This document shows, one piece after another, positions 28,286 to 38,139 of a stretch of DNA of 55,854 nucleotides; the first letter of the stretch is position 1, and the number at the start of each line of letters is the position of its first letter. The notes under the pieces are model-generated. The model had not been told where the DNA came from and made no database searches. It worked only from the letters and a program-made list of their open reading frames with translations. Source of the stretch: Desulfobacteraceae bacterium (GTDB lineage Bacteria; Desulfobacterota; Desulfobacteria; Desulfobacterales; SKZT01); assembly GCA_007127235.1 (NCBI GenBank), contig SKZT01000106.1:1-55854 (forward strand), given 5' to 3'. The position numbers and the translations under genes are program-made.

Positions 28286-29734
28286 TTATCCGATGGATAC
28301 CGGCGGGCCATCTTTCACAATTTTCCCCTGGTCAAGGATAATCCAGCGGTTGGCCACTGCCTGTGCAAATTCAAGGTCATGTGTCGCCACAATGGTGGTT
28401 AGTCCTTCCTGGCTAAGTTTCTCAAGGATCTTTGCAAGCATTTGTTTGGACCGGCCGTCCTGACCCGCGGTGGGTTCATCCAGAATCAAAAGCTGAGGTT
28501 TCATGGCCAGAATTGAGGCTATGGCCACTCTCTTTTTTTCTCCCTCGCTGAGTTTAAAAGGTGAGCTGCGCAGTAACCCTTGAAGCTGAAAAAGATGACA
28601 AATCTGCTCCAGCCACCCTTGATAATCTTTTCGGACCATGCGAAGACCTGTATTAAGCTCATCTTCTACCCGGTTTTGAAAGAATTGGTCATTGGGATTT
28701 TGAAAGGAAATCCCAACCATGGCGGCGATTTGGGAAGGGTCTTTTCCGATAAGGCATTGGCCGTTAAAATTTATTTTACCCTGTTTTGGCTGATAAAGAC
28801 CGTTGAGGTGCTTAATCAGCGTGGTTTTCCCGGAGCCGTTTTTTCCAAGCAATGCGACGCTTTGACCTTTGAATATGTCAAAAGAGATATTTTTGAGAAT
28901 ATTTTTTCCATTTAAATCACAATAAAGCTGATTTACACTTAAAAGTATTTCAGAGTTTCTGTAAAGGGTCCTTGTTGGGAAATCATTTTTTGGGGTGCGT
29001 TTGGGATATTTTGGAATCAGCCCTTGGGAAACCAATATTTTTTGGGCATTTCCGGGTTTACCGTCAAAAATGATTTTTCCCTGCTCAACCACAATACACC
29101 TTGAGGCATCTTTGAGATATCCGTCGACCCGCTGTTCTATGAGCACGATTGTCAGGCCGGAAGCATGAATTTTTTTAAGGCTCCTGCTGACTTTTGATAT
29201 GCCCTGCTGGTCGAGATTGGCATAGGGTTCGTCAAGGATAAGTACGGATGGCTTGATGCACAAAATCGATGCGATTCCGGCGATTCTTTTTTCACCTCCT
29301 GAGAGTTTGTCCGGGGGTCTTTTCAGCAAATGTTCAATGTCGAGCATTTTTGCAGTTTCTACAATTCGATCTTCAATGTGTTTCGGGGCAAGACCTAAAC
29401 TTTCAAGCCCGAATGCCAGTTCATCTTCCACCGAACTGTTAAAAAGCTGAGCATCAGCATTTTGAAGTACCAGACCCACGTGCGGAAAGAGTTTCGAGAT
29501 ACTCATTTTTCGGGTGTCGGACCCGAAAACAATAACGGACCCTTTAAAGCTGCCCCCAAAAAAATGAGGAATCAAACCGTTTAGCAAATATCCGATGGTT
29601 GATTTTCCTGAACCGTTGGCTCCGCAGACAAACAGAAACTCCCCTTTTGTGATGGTAAAATCAACGCCTTTCAGGGCCTGCCGGCCTCCGGGATAAGCAT
29701 ATTGAGCATTATTTACCTGGATGCAGGCTCCCAA
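28286..29734 (-). CDS. ECF transporter ATPase, fused duplicated A-A' subunits (YkoD-like)
   Basis: Two complete ABC cassettes: GANGSGKST/LSGGEKR/LILDEP and GKNGSGKTT/LSEGEKKR/LILDEP. Confidence 0.9.
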   Translation of the reverse strand: MGACIQVNNAQYAYPGGRQALKGVDFTITKGEFLFVCGANGSGKSTIGYLLNGLIPHFFGGSFKGSVIVFGSDTRKMSISKLFPHVGLVLQNADAQLFNSSVEDELAFGLESLGLAPKHIEDRIVETAKMLDIEHLLKRPPDKLSGGEKRIAGIASILCIKPSVLILDEPYANLDQQGISKVSRSLKKIHASGLTIVLIEQRVDGYLKDASRCIVVEQGKIIFDGKPGNAQKILVSQGLIPKYPKRTPKNDFPTRTLYRNSEILLSVNQLYCDLNGKNILKNISFDIFKGQSVALLGKNGSGKTTLIKHLNGLYQPKQGKINFNGQCLIGKDPSQIAAMVGISFQNPNDQFFQNRVEDELNTGLRMVRKDYQGWLEQICHLFQLQGLLRSSPFKLSEGEKKRVAIASILAMKPQLLILDEPTAGQDGRSKQMLAKILEKLSQEGLTTIVATHDLEFAQAVANRWIILDQGKIVKDGPPVSIG

Positions 29735-30210
29735 ACCCCCCCCTTTTTCAGCAAGTGCAGGGCAACAATGCCGATGATGCTGCCTCCGATAGTGCTGACA
29801 CTAAATGCGATCATAAGCGTTCCCACTGCCAGGGTTTTTCCCAAGAGCATTGGACCCACGATATATATGGCGGCAAGCGAGCCGATAATTCCCGTGCCCA
29901 GAATCTCTCCCAGTCCTGCGGCATAAATGTTGCGTGTGCTTTTGTAGAAGATTCCGGCTAAAAGTGCTCCGATCATACCTCCAGGGAAAGCCAGTAAAGT
30001 CCCCAAACCCATTATGTTTCTAATAATGGCTGCGGCCATGGCTATTGCAACGGCATAAACCGGACCCAGAATCACTGCGGCAATCACATTGATCATGTGT
30101 TGGGCAGGAAAGCATTTGGATATGCCGACGGGTATGAAAAAAGGTGACAGGGCCACGGCCATAGCCACTAAAATAACTGCTTTTGAGATGTTTTTCGATT
30201 GCATGTTCAA
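29713..30210 (-). CDS. thiW: ECF transporter substrate-specific (S) component, ThiW-like (thiazole/thiamine precursor)
   Basis: 165-aa hydrophobic protein. FPAQHMINVIAAVILGPVYA matches my recollection of the ThiW signature. It is the first gene behind a TPP riboswitch. Confidence 0.7.
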   Translation of the reverse strand: MNMQSKNISKAVILVAMAVALSPFFIPVGISKCFPAQHMINVIAAVILGPVYAVAIAMAAAIIRNIMGLGTLLAFPGGMIGALLAGIFYKSTRNIYAAGLGEILGTGIIGSLAAIYIVGPMLLGKTLAVGTLMIAFSVSTIGGSIIGIVALHLLKKGGVWEPASR

Positions 30211-30295
30211 ACTCCTCAGTTTGTGTTTCTCCGAAAAGAAATAGGGGCCTCAGCGGATTTTTACCCGAAAAAAAATTCAGTGGGTAGTCGGCAAA

Positions 30296-30331
30296 CATAA
30301 AAAGCCGTTTCCAAAAGGGAACGGCTTTTTT
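30296..30331 (-). terminator. Intrinsic terminator acting as the expression platform of the TPP riboswitch
   Basis: On the minus strand: AAAGCCGTTCCC-TTTT-GGAAACGGCTTT followed by TTTTA. It lies between the aptamer and the thiW start. Confidence 0.7.
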
Positions 30332-30344
30332 CTTGTGATGACAA

Positions 30345-30440
30345 GAATGTTCTCAAACGGTTCCCTACGCTGGAATTACCCAGATCAGGTTCGGCGGGTT
30401 TAATCTCAGGCTTTTTCAGCCACCCCGATTTGGCTTAGGA
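30345..30440 (-). promoter_or_regulatory. TPP (THI-box) riboswitch aptamer
   Basis: The minus strand reads GGGGTGGCTGAAAAAGCCTGAGATTAAACCCGCCGAACCTGATCTGGGTAATTCCAGCGTAGGGAA. It contains the conserved GGGGUG, CUGAGA, ACCC, GAACCUGAUCUGGnUAAUnCCAGCGUAGGGAA elements. Confidence 0.88.
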
Positions 30441-30452
30441 AATAGAATATTT

Positions 30453-32549
30453 TCAATTGTCTAATATAATTAATGCATCCACAGCCATCAACCCTTTTTT
30501 AGTGCCTAGAATTGGATTGATGTCGACCTCTTTTATCCGGGGAAAATCTTCCCCCAGCTGCCCGATTGTAACCAGCATATTTGCCAGTTGTTTACGATCA
30601 ACCGGAGGAAAGGCGCGAAACCCCTCCAGCAATTTCTGGTTTTTAATACGGGCAATTAAATCAAAAGCTTCAGCTTTTCTGATGGGTGCCACCGCGAATT
30701 GGATATCTCCGATGATCTCCGTCAATACACCACCCAAACCGCACATAACACAATTGCCGAATCTTGGGTCGCGAATCATCCCTACGATCAACTCAATGCT
30801 ATTGGGAAGTTGATGCTGCAACAGGATTTTGCCGCCGCTTTCACTTTCAGCTGTTTGTTTATGCAGAAAATTGAATGCATCGGAAACATCTTCTGGCGTT
30901 TTAATATTCATGCGCACAAGGCCGGCCTCGGTTTTGTGAAATTTTCCGGGTGAAATTCCTTTCATGACTATTGGAAATCCGATTTCATCTGCTGCGGCAA
31001 GCGCTTCATTTTCATTATGAACCACTTTTTCCGTTACGCAGTTGATGCCATAAACCGACAATATCTGTTTCGATATATGCTCATCAAGAAAGCCGGTTTG
31101 AGTTGAGAGGATATCTTTCAAAGAGTCCGGGAGCAGTTTTTTTTTCGATTTTTCAGGTTCAAGAATTTCCAGAATGGATGGTCTTTTACGAAAAACGGCT
31201 TCCATGCATTCGACTGCCCTGTGAAGATCCCGGAACACAGGGATTCCCAGATCCTGGGTACGTTCCTGAAAATTCCTGGCGGCTTCACGCTCTCCCAGAA
31301 GCCAGCAAAATAATGGTTTTCTTGCCGCGGTAGCAATACGTCCGATTTCTGCCATGTCCAAGTTAAGCGCATAGCCGCCGCAAAAGGCATGACAGAGGAT
31401 CCCGCCTACTTCGGATTCTGAGCAGACAGCTCTCATGGCTGTACAGAAGGCTTTTTGAGCCCCGTTTATTTCAACTGCAGGCCAAAGATCCACCGGGTTG
31501 GAGATGGGCATCCATTCGGGTGAAATGGATTTGAGCTGATGAAGTGTTGACTTGGAAAATTCGGCGAGTTCGAATCCATTTTGTTCCAATAAATCGGAAG
31601 AAACGATTCCGGCACCGCCACTGTAAGTCAGGACCGCAATTTTAGGCGGCTTTTGGGTGGCTAATTTGGGATATCGGGCAAGGCTCCTTCCCAAGTCTGT
31701 CAGCTGCCTGAAACCCACTGCTTCAAAAACCCCTGTCTGGGCCATGGCACCCATAAGAACCGCGTTGTCTCCTGCAAGGCTGGCCGTATGGCTCATGGCG
31801 GCAGCAGCTCCTCTTTTGCTTTTTCCTCCCTTTAACAGCGTCACAGGCTTGGGTGATTTTTTGCAAAGATTGAAAAAACGCCGGCCGTCTTCAATGGATT
31901 CCAGATACAAAGCAATCGCTTCGGTTTGAATATCCTCAATAAGGTATTCTAAAAGATCGCACTCGTTGATATCAACCTTGTTGCCGATAGAGCATACTTT
32001 GCTGAGTCCCATGATACCATGGGTCATCAGATCAATTGGAAAAGCTCCAGATAGCATGCCGCTTTGAACGATCATGGAGACTTTTCCCGGTTTTAATCCA
32101 TAGTCCCATATCAATGGAGTAACAAACGAAAAGATGTGGCCTTTGACCGCATCCACCAAACCCATGCAATTGGGGCCCCAGATGCGGATGCCGGATTCCC
32201 GCGCAATTGATTTTAATGAATCCTGAAAGGATTTGCCTGATTTTCCAGTTTCCGCAAACCCTCCGGATTCGATCATGACCCCCGGGATTTGACGTTGGGC
32301 GCACTCCTGGACCACCTGTGGGACAAGGGGGGCCGGGACAAAAATAATGCCCAGGTCCACCGGATCGGGTACTTCCAGAACAGAGGGATAACAGCTCATC
32401 CCTTCAATCTCGGCATAGCTTGGATTGACAGGATAGATACCGCCTTTAAAACCAATCCTTAAATTTCTCAGGATTGCATGCCCGCCTTTCTGGGGGTTTG
32501 GGGTGGCACCAATCAGTGCAACTCCTTTGGGGTTGAAAAAATTATCCAT
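30453..32549 (-). CDS. ADP-forming acyl-/acetyl-CoA synthetase (CoA-binding, succinyl-CoA-synthetase-like and ATP-grasp domains)
   Basis: 698 aa. The N-terminus FFNPKGVALIGATPNPQKGG is a CoA-binding domain, and the C-terminal part is ATP-grasp. Confidence 0.85.
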   Translation of the reverse strand: MDNFFNPKGVALIGATPNPQKGGHAILRNLRIGFKGGIYPVNPSYAEIEGMSCYPSVLEVPDPVDLGIIFVPAPLVPQVVQECAQRQIPGVMIESGGFAETGKSGKSFQDSLKSIARESGIRIWGPNCMGLVDAVKGHIFSFVTPLIWDYGLKPGKVSMIVQSGMLSGAFPIDLMTHGIMGLSKVCSIGNKVDINECDLLEYLIEDIQTEAIALYLESIEDGRRFFNLCKKSPKPVTLLKGGKSKRGAAAAMSHTASLAGDNAVLMGAMAQTGVFEAVGFRQLTDLGRSLARYPKLATQKPPKIAVLTYSGGAGIVSSDLLEQNGFELAEFSKSTLHQLKSISPEWMPISNPVDLWPAVEINGAQKAFCTAMRAVCSESEVGGILCHAFCGGYALNLDMAEIGRIATAARKPLFCWLLGEREAARNFQERTQDLGIPVFRDLHRAVECMEAVFRKRPSILEILEPEKSKKKLLPDSLKDILSTQTGFLDEHISKQILSVYGINCVTEKVVHNENEALAAADEIGFPIVMKGISPGKFHKTEAGLVRMNIKTPEDVSDAFNFLHKQTAESESGGKILLQHQLPNSIELIVGMIRDPRFGNCVMCGLGGVLTEIIGDIQFAVAPIRKAEAFDLIARIKNQKLLEGFRAFPPVDRKQLANMLVTIGQLGEDFPRIKEVDINPILGTKKGLMAVDALIILDN
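30463..30491 (-). promoter_or_regulatory. Candidate sigma-70 promoter for the riboswitch-thiW operon, inside the 3' end of the upstream gene
   Basis: On the minus strand: TTGATG (30491-30486), a 17-nt spacer, then TATATT (30468-30463). Confidence 0.3.
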
Positions 32550-32591
32550 TGGATTATCATCTCCTTGATTTTTGAAAAAAATGCTTTTATT

Positions 32592-34778
32592 TTAACGAAG
32601 TTTGAGCCTTTCTTCCAATAAGGTAAATCTTTTCTGTGTTTTATCATTTTTGATGCCCAACGCCAAGGCCTTAGATGTGCCGACCATTACAGCCAGGTTT
32701 TTTGCTCTCGTAACTGCGGTATAAATAAGGTCTCGCTGTAATAACATATAATGCTGGGTGACAACCGGAATGACCACGGCCGGATATTCGGACCCCTGAG
32801 CTTTATGAACTGAGATTGCATACGCCAAAATAATTTCATCGAGTTCCGAAAAGTCATAGGTGACCAAACGCTTGTCAAACAAGATATACGCTTCCCGTGA
32901 ATCAATATCTATATGTTTGATTCTTCCGATATCTCCATTAAAAACTGTTTTGTCATAATTGTTGCGAATTTGCATGACCTTATCATTGATTTTGAATTTG
33001 CGAGCCCCCAGAACCAGAGGATTTTTTTCGGGATTCAATGATTGTTGAAGTTGGTGATTTAAATTTGTCGCACCCACAACACCCCGGTGCATGGGGGTTA
33101 ACACCTGCACCTGGTCGACAGGATCAAAGCCGAAGCGGTTGGGAATGCGCTCAACAATCAGATCCAGGATAACATTGAGTACCTTCTCAGGATCTTTTTG
33201 TTGGATAAAATAAAAATCACCAAGGTCATCAGAGCTGTTTTTGGAAGGCACCAGGGGAAATTTTCCGCTGTTAATGCGGTGCGCATTTACAATAATCAAG
33301 CTTTCAGCAGCCTGGCGAAAGATCTCGGTCAATTCGACCACAGCGAAAACTTCCGAAGAAATGATATCTTTCAATACATTTCCGGGACCCACCGAAGGCA
33401 ATTGATTGATGTCTCCTACAAGGATGACCGTGGCCGAAGGTGGAATCGCTTTTACCAAATGATGCATCAATACCGTATCGATCATGGAAGCTTCATCCAC
33501 AATAAGAACATTACAATTTAGTGGTTTTTTTTCGTTTTTTTGAAAACCGCCGCTTTGAAAGCTGAATTCAAGAAGCCGATGGATGGTTTTGGCGGGATAC
33601 CTCGTGGTTTCAGACATTCTTTTGGCAGCCCTTCCTGTGGGAGCGGCCAAAAGACATTTTGCACCCATCGCAGTGAATATTTTCAACATGACATTGATTA
33701 CGGTGGTTTTCCCGGTGCCAGGGCCACCGGTTAAAATCATTGCTTTGTAATTCAATGCTTTACGGATGGCTTCAATCTGGCTTTCAGCCAATTGGATTGA
33801 TAGTTCTTTCTGAACCCATGCCAAAGCCTTTTCTGCGTGGATTGTTCTCAAAGATGTGGGTGAGGAAACAAGATACTTAATGCGCTGGGCGATTTGCTTT
33901 TCACAAATGTAAAATTGGCTGAGATAAACCGCTTTATGGTTCGGGATGAATTTAGTGTCCCTATTGTCAATATTTTCAATTGTAATTTTTCCGGATCCCA
34001 CCAGCATTTCAATGGCTTCAACCATAACACCGGTATCTGCCTGAAGTATTTCAACACTTTTTTCCAACAATGCTTCATAAGGATAATAAACGTGACCTTC
34101 ATCGGCCATTCGATTGAGTACAAAAAGCAGTCCGGCTTGAGCCCTGAGCAGGGAATCTTTTGAAAATCCGAGTTTTTCCGCAATTTTGTCAGCGGTGAGA
34201 AAACCGATTCCAAAAATATCCATGGCAAGACGATAAGGATTTTCCCTTACCACAGCAATGGAGCGATCTTTGTATTTTTTATAAATTTTGGATGCATACG
34301 CCGAACTAATCCCGTGGCCTTGAAGAAAAAGCATGACTTCCCGAATTTCTTTTTGATCCTGCCATGCCTGCCTGATCATTTCGATGCGTTTTTCACCGAT
34401 ACCTTCCACTTCGGCCAGGCGATTAATTTGGCTTTCAATGATATCAAGGGCATGTTTTCCGAACTTTTTGACAATCCGCTTTGCCGTAACCGGACCGATA
34501 CCTTTAATAAGCCCGGATCCCAGATATTGCTGAATACCATATGCAGAAGCCGGAACCACGGAATCGTAATAAATCACTTTAAATTGCTCTCCATACCTGG
34601 GATGATTGTCCCATTCTCCCTTCATATTGAGCACTTCCCCGGGCGTAGGTGACATAAGGTTGCCCACCACGGTCACAAGCTGGGGCTTGCCGTATACTTT
34701 TACCTGGGCAACAGTATAGCCGGTTTCCTCATTTTTGTAAGTAATTCTTTCGATCTGCCCTTTGAGTTCTGCCAGCAT
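32592..34778 (-). CDS. recD2: RecD2-type SF1B ATP-dependent DNA helicase
   Basis: Helix-hairpin-helix region, Walker A GGPGTGKTT, LIVDEASMID, VGDINQLPSVGPG and C-terminal SVHKAQGSE. Confidence 0.9.
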   Translation of the reverse strand: MLAELKGQIERITYKNEETGYTVAQVKVYGKPQLVTVVGNLMSPTPGEVLNMKGEWDNHPRYGEQFKVIYYDSVVPASAYGIQQYLGSGLIKGIGPVTAKRIVKKFGKHALDIIESQINRLAEVEGIGEKRIEMIRQAWQDQKEIREVMLFLQGHGISSAYASKIYKKYKDRSIAVVRENPYRLAMDIFGIGFLTADKIAEKLGFSKDSLLRAQAGLLFVLNRMADEGHVYYPYEALLEKSVEILQADTGVMVEAIEMLVGSGKITIENIDNRDTKFIPNHKAVYLSQFYICEKQIAQRIKYLVSSPTSLRTIHAEKALAWVQKELSIQLAESQIEAIRKALNYKAMILTGGPGTGKTTVINVMLKIFTAMGAKCLLAAPTGRAAKRMSETTRYPAKTIHRLLEFSFQSGGFQKNEKKPLNCNVLIVDEASMIDTVLMHHLVKAIPPSATVILVGDINQLPSVGPGNVLKDIISSEVFAVVELTEIFRQAAESLIIVNAHRINSGKFPLVPSKNSSDDLGDFYFIQQKDPEKVLNVILDLIVERIPNRFGFDPVDQVQVLTPMHRGVVGATNLNHQLQQSLNPEKNPLVLGARKFKINDKVMQIRNNYDKTVFNGDIGRIKHIDIDSREAYILFDKRLVTYDFSELDEIILAYAISVHKAQGSEYPAVVIPVVTQHYMLLQRDLIYTAVTRAKNLAVMVGTSKALALGIKNDKTQKRFTLLEERLKLR

Positions 34779-34800
34779 TTCAGCGTTCTAATGATGTCTC

Positions 34801-34852
34801 TTTAAATAAAAAAAGCGCTCCATTTTTAAATAAAAAAATAGAACGCTTTTTG
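34801..34852 (-). terminator. Rho-independent terminator after the cold-shock gene
   Basis: On the minus strand, a long A/U- and G-U-containing hairpin (AAAAAGCGUUCUAUUUUU...AAAAAUGGAGCGCUUUUU) followed by UUUUUUUAUUU. Confidence 0.55.
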
Positions 34853-34869
34853 ATGGTTTTATGAAAAAC

Positions 34870-35070
34870 TTATTCCACAGTTACGTTGATTGCCGCAGGC
34901 CCTTTTTGTCCCTGGGTTATATCAAATGTAACCTGGTCGCCTTCATTTAGAGATTTGAATCCGCTCTCATTAATCCCTGAATAATGCACAAAAACATCAG
35001 GCCCATCTTCTTGTTCAATGAAACCATAGCCTTTGCTGCTATTAAACCATTTTACGACACCTTTTGTCAT
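34870..35070 (-). CDS. cspA: Cold-shock protein (CspA family)
   Basis: [18 protein letters not shown]...VFVHYS contains the RNP1 and RNP2 motifs. I trimmed the start to the ATG at 35070, which is preceded by AAGGAGGG at 7-nt spacing. Confidence 0.95.
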   Translation of the reverse strand: MTKGVVKWFNSSKGYGFIEQEDGPDVFVHYSGINESGFKSLNEGDQVTFDITQGQKGPAAINVTVE

Positions 35071-35288
35071 CCTAGCACCCTCCTTTCTTAATAAATTCTT
35101 AGGTCCCAAACTGCAGGATGCCACTTTGACAAATGGTATTTCCTTTCAGTGAAACCAGCACACTCTAATTGATCAAATCCTGATCGAATCAAATTGGACG
35201 CATTATAGACGGTTAAAAAGTAAAGTCAAGAAAAATATGACTTGTTAAAATATTTTCTGAATATAACGGATTAGGGGTGATCTGATTC

Positions 35289-36878
35289 TCATTCTATCTC
35301 TCTGACCTGGGCGGACTTGTGCAGGTATGCTTTCGATAGCAAATACGACATGGTTTTGTTCATATCGTTTTTGGTCTCAATTTTAATGTGAATATGAGCG
35401 GCAAGTTCTGTTAAGGGCTCGAAGTGTTTTAGAATTTCGGGAAGATGTTGAATTCGGGCGTCAGACAGGCCGGTAAACTTTTCGCGTTCTTTGAGACGAG
35501 CCTCAATGGTTTCAATATCGCATTCACATTCTATGAATATCAGGTTCGTGTCCATATCCGAAGCGAGCTGAACCACTTCTTCCCGCCATCTGCGACGGGA
35601 ATAGGTTGCATCCAAAGCAACCGATTTGCCCTTTTTCAGCTTTATCTGGGCCAATGCCAGCATTCTGCCATAAACCCGTTGGCGCCTTTCTTCAGTATAG
35701 ATACCCGTGCCATAGGCCACTATTTCCTCCCGGCACTCTTTTTCTTTTCGGACAGCATCGGAACTGATAATTGCCATGGGGAAGGTTTTGACCAGCCTTT
35801 GAGCCAGAGTGGATTTGCCTGAGGCTGGAAGTCCGCTGAAAACCCAAAGGGTGGAGCGGCTGAAAAGCATTGTATAGTGATAGGCTTGGTTGAGGTGTTT
35901 GTTGATTTCTCGCTTTATACTGTCTTGCTGTTGTTGCGTTGTTATTTCATCGTAGCGAATACAGGCTACCTTTAATCTGACAATGGCGCGGTAAGCCGCG
36001 TAAAAATCGATAAGGGCATATACTTCAGGATCATTGGCGTTTTCCACGTAGGCTTTTAAAACCATCTGGTTTTCTTCGGGATAACCCAATTCTTCAATGT
36101 CCATATGTAAAAAAGCCAGATCAACAGCCACATCCCCATACCGAAAACGATCGTTGAATTCGATGCAGTCAATAATTTGAATTCCGTTAAAAAAGTAGAT
36201 ATGATCCGTGCGCAGATCCCCGTGCCCGTCCAAAATTTTTCCGCTTTCCAGCCGCCGCTCAAAAAGAGCGTGATGATGATGTAAAAAGGATCGATTGACC
36301 TCACGGATAAATTGCCATTTTTCCGTGTCAACCAAACGGCCGACAAAAGGGCTGATTTGCTGAAAATTTTCCTCTGTGTTGAAAATAACCATGTCCCGAT
36401 GGCCATATTGAAAGATCTGAGCATTTGGTTTACTTTTCAAATAAAAAGATGCCAGTTTTTTCCCGAGCTGCTCCAAATCGGATTGGCTTACGGCGTGTTT
36501 TTTAAGAAGGTTGTCAAGCCTGTTCCTGTCCGGGAGCTGTTTCATCTTAACTGCATATTCCACAGGGTTTCCGTTGCCGTCAATGGAAAAAACGTTTTTA
36601 TCCTTTTCGAAAATTGTCACCGTATTTTGGTAGATTCCATGACTCAACCGTTTATTTAAATGTACTTCCTGTTCGCAGAATTTACGCCGGTCATCGAGTT
36701 GTCGAAAATCAAGAAAACCAAGATTCAGCGGTTTTTTGAGCTTATAGACCCATTGACCGGTCAAAAAGACTACGGAAATATGGGTGTCCATTCGTTTGAC
36801 CTGGGAAACCGGATGGGGGTAAAAATCCGGGTCGGCCATGGCTTGACAAACGGCTTCAAAATGTTTTGGCAAATCCAT
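35289..36878 (-). CDS. Bifunctional aminoglycoside-phosphotransferase-like kinase / P-loop (AAA_33) kinase; function unknown
   Basis: APH-fold catalytic loop HGDLRTDHI and DxxxD. C-terminal Walker A GLPASGKST. I trimmed the start to the ATG at 36878, preceded by AAGGAG. The longer ORF would overlap ldh. Confidence 0.75.
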   Translation of the reverse strand: MDLPKHFEAVCQAMADPDFYPHPVSQVKRMDTHISVVFLTGQWVYKLKKPLNLGFLDFRQLDDRRKFCEQEVHLNKRLSHGIYQNTVTIFEKDKNVFSIDGNGNPVEYAVKMKQLPDRNRLDNLLKKHAVSQSDLEQLGKKLASFYLKSKPNAQIFQYGHRDMVIFNTEENFQQISPFVGRLVDTEKWQFIREVNRSFLHHHHALFERRLESGKILDGHGDLRTDHIYFFNGIQIIDCIEFNDRFRYGDVAVDLAFLHMDIEELGYPEENQMVLKAYVENANDPEVYALIDFYAAYRAIVRLKVACIRYDEITTQQQQDSIKREINKHLNQAYHYTMLFSRSTLWVFSGLPASGKSTLAQRLVKTFPMAIISSDAVRKEKECREEIVAYGTGIYTEERRQRVYGRMLALAQIKLKKGKSVALDATYSRRRWREEVVQLASDMDTNLIFIECECDIETIEARLKEREKFTGLSDARIQHLPEILKHFEPLTELAAHIHIKIETKNDMNKTMSYLLSKAYLHKSAQVREIE

Positions 36879-36900
36879 TCCTGATAACTCCTTAACTTCT

Positions 36901-37965
36901 TTATGGCGGTATATGGCTGCTTCTGATCCTGGCAATTTTTTCGATTCGCTCCTCGGCCATACGGTCGGCGGCTTTGACTGTGGTAATATTATCCCGTTCG
37001 GCAATATTGAGTACTTTCATGACACGGTCATAAATTCCGGCGACTGATTGCAGAGCCCGTTCTTTATTGTATTGTCTCAGTTCATCGGCGACATTGATGA
37101 GGCCACCGGCATTGATTACATAATCCGGGGCGTAGACAATACCCTTTTTGTCGATATCGTCACCGTGACGTTCTTCGGCCAGGACGTTATTGGCTCCACC
37201 TGCAATTATCCTGCATTTGAGCCGGGCAATGGTCTCATCGTTAAGAACGCCACCCAGGGCGCAGGGAGCAAAGATATCCATATCCACGGAGTAAATTTCT
37301 TCAGGCTTCACGGTTTTTACGCCGAACTCATCAACCACTTTCCTCATCTGCTCCGGGTCAATATCGGTTACAGTAACTTCGGCTCCCTCGTCTTTAACCA
37401 GATGTTTGACCAGGTGATAGCCGACATTTCCGACCCCCTGGACTGCTACTTTTTTACCTTTCAACTGCCGACTGCCATATATTTTTTCCGCACATGCCTG
37501 CATTCCGTGCCACACCCCGTTAGCCGTAAAAGGGGAGGGATCGCCGCTGGTTTCGATCAAACCTACAACATAATCGGTTTCCATGGAAACATAATTCATA
37601 TCACGATGATCGGTTCCAACATCTTTGGCCGTAATATAGCGTCCATTTAAGCTCTGAACAAAGCGACCAAAAGAACGCCACAGTTCTTCGCTCTTTTCCT
37701 TTTTGGGATCACCGATTACAACTCCTTTCCCTCCGCCCAGGTTCAAACCTGCAACAGCAGCTTTGTAGGTCATACCCCGGGCCAGACGAAAAACATCCTC
37801 AATGGCATCCTCTTCTGTTTCATAAGCCCACATTCTGGTTCCCCCCAGAGCCGGACCCAGTATAGTATTGTGGATACAGATCAAAGCCTTTAATCCGGAA
37901 GTATCATCATAATTAAACAAGAGCTGTTCGAAATCATACTTTTCCATGTAGTCAAAAATCATCAT
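36901..37965 (-). CDS. ldh: Leucine (Leu/Val/Phe) dehydrogenase
   Basis: [13 protein letters not shown]...[11 protein letters not shown]...[21 protein letters not shown], with the Rossmann motif VQGVGNVG. It closely resembles Bacillus LeuDH. Confidence 0.9.
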   Translation of the reverse strand: MMIFDYMEKYDFEQLLFNYDDTSGLKALICIHNTILGPALGGTRMWAYETEEDAIEDVFRLARGMTYKAAVAGLNLGGGKGVVIGDPKKEKSEELWRSFGRFVQSLNGRYITAKDVGTDHRDMNYVSMETDYVVGLIETSGDPSPFTANGVWHGMQACAEKIYGSRQLKGKKVAVQGVGNVGYHLVKHLVKDEGAEVTVTDIDPEQMRKVVDEFGVKTVKPEEIYSVDMDIFAPCALGGVLNDETIARLKCRIIAGGANNVLAEERHGDDIDKKGIVYAPDYVINAGGLINVADELRQYNKERALQSVAGIYDRVMKVLNIAERDNITTVKAADRMAEERIEKIARIRSSHIPP

Positions 37966-38139
37966 AGCAATTTCCTCCTGATATACAGCTTTTAGGAACT
38001 TTCTTTTCTTGTCAACACTTTTTTCAGCAATGCCATGTTCCTGATAATTTGTGTCCTTTTTTTGAATAATGATTGATTATTTTTTCAGGGTGTTCCAAAA
38101 TCAGACAATTTCCCTTCACGCAAACAGGGGTACACTCAA

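Noticed and set aside
35071-35288. Long untranslated region upstream of the cold-shock gene
   Set aside because: Long structured 5' UTRs are the norm for cspA-family genes. No additional ORF or motif was seen.
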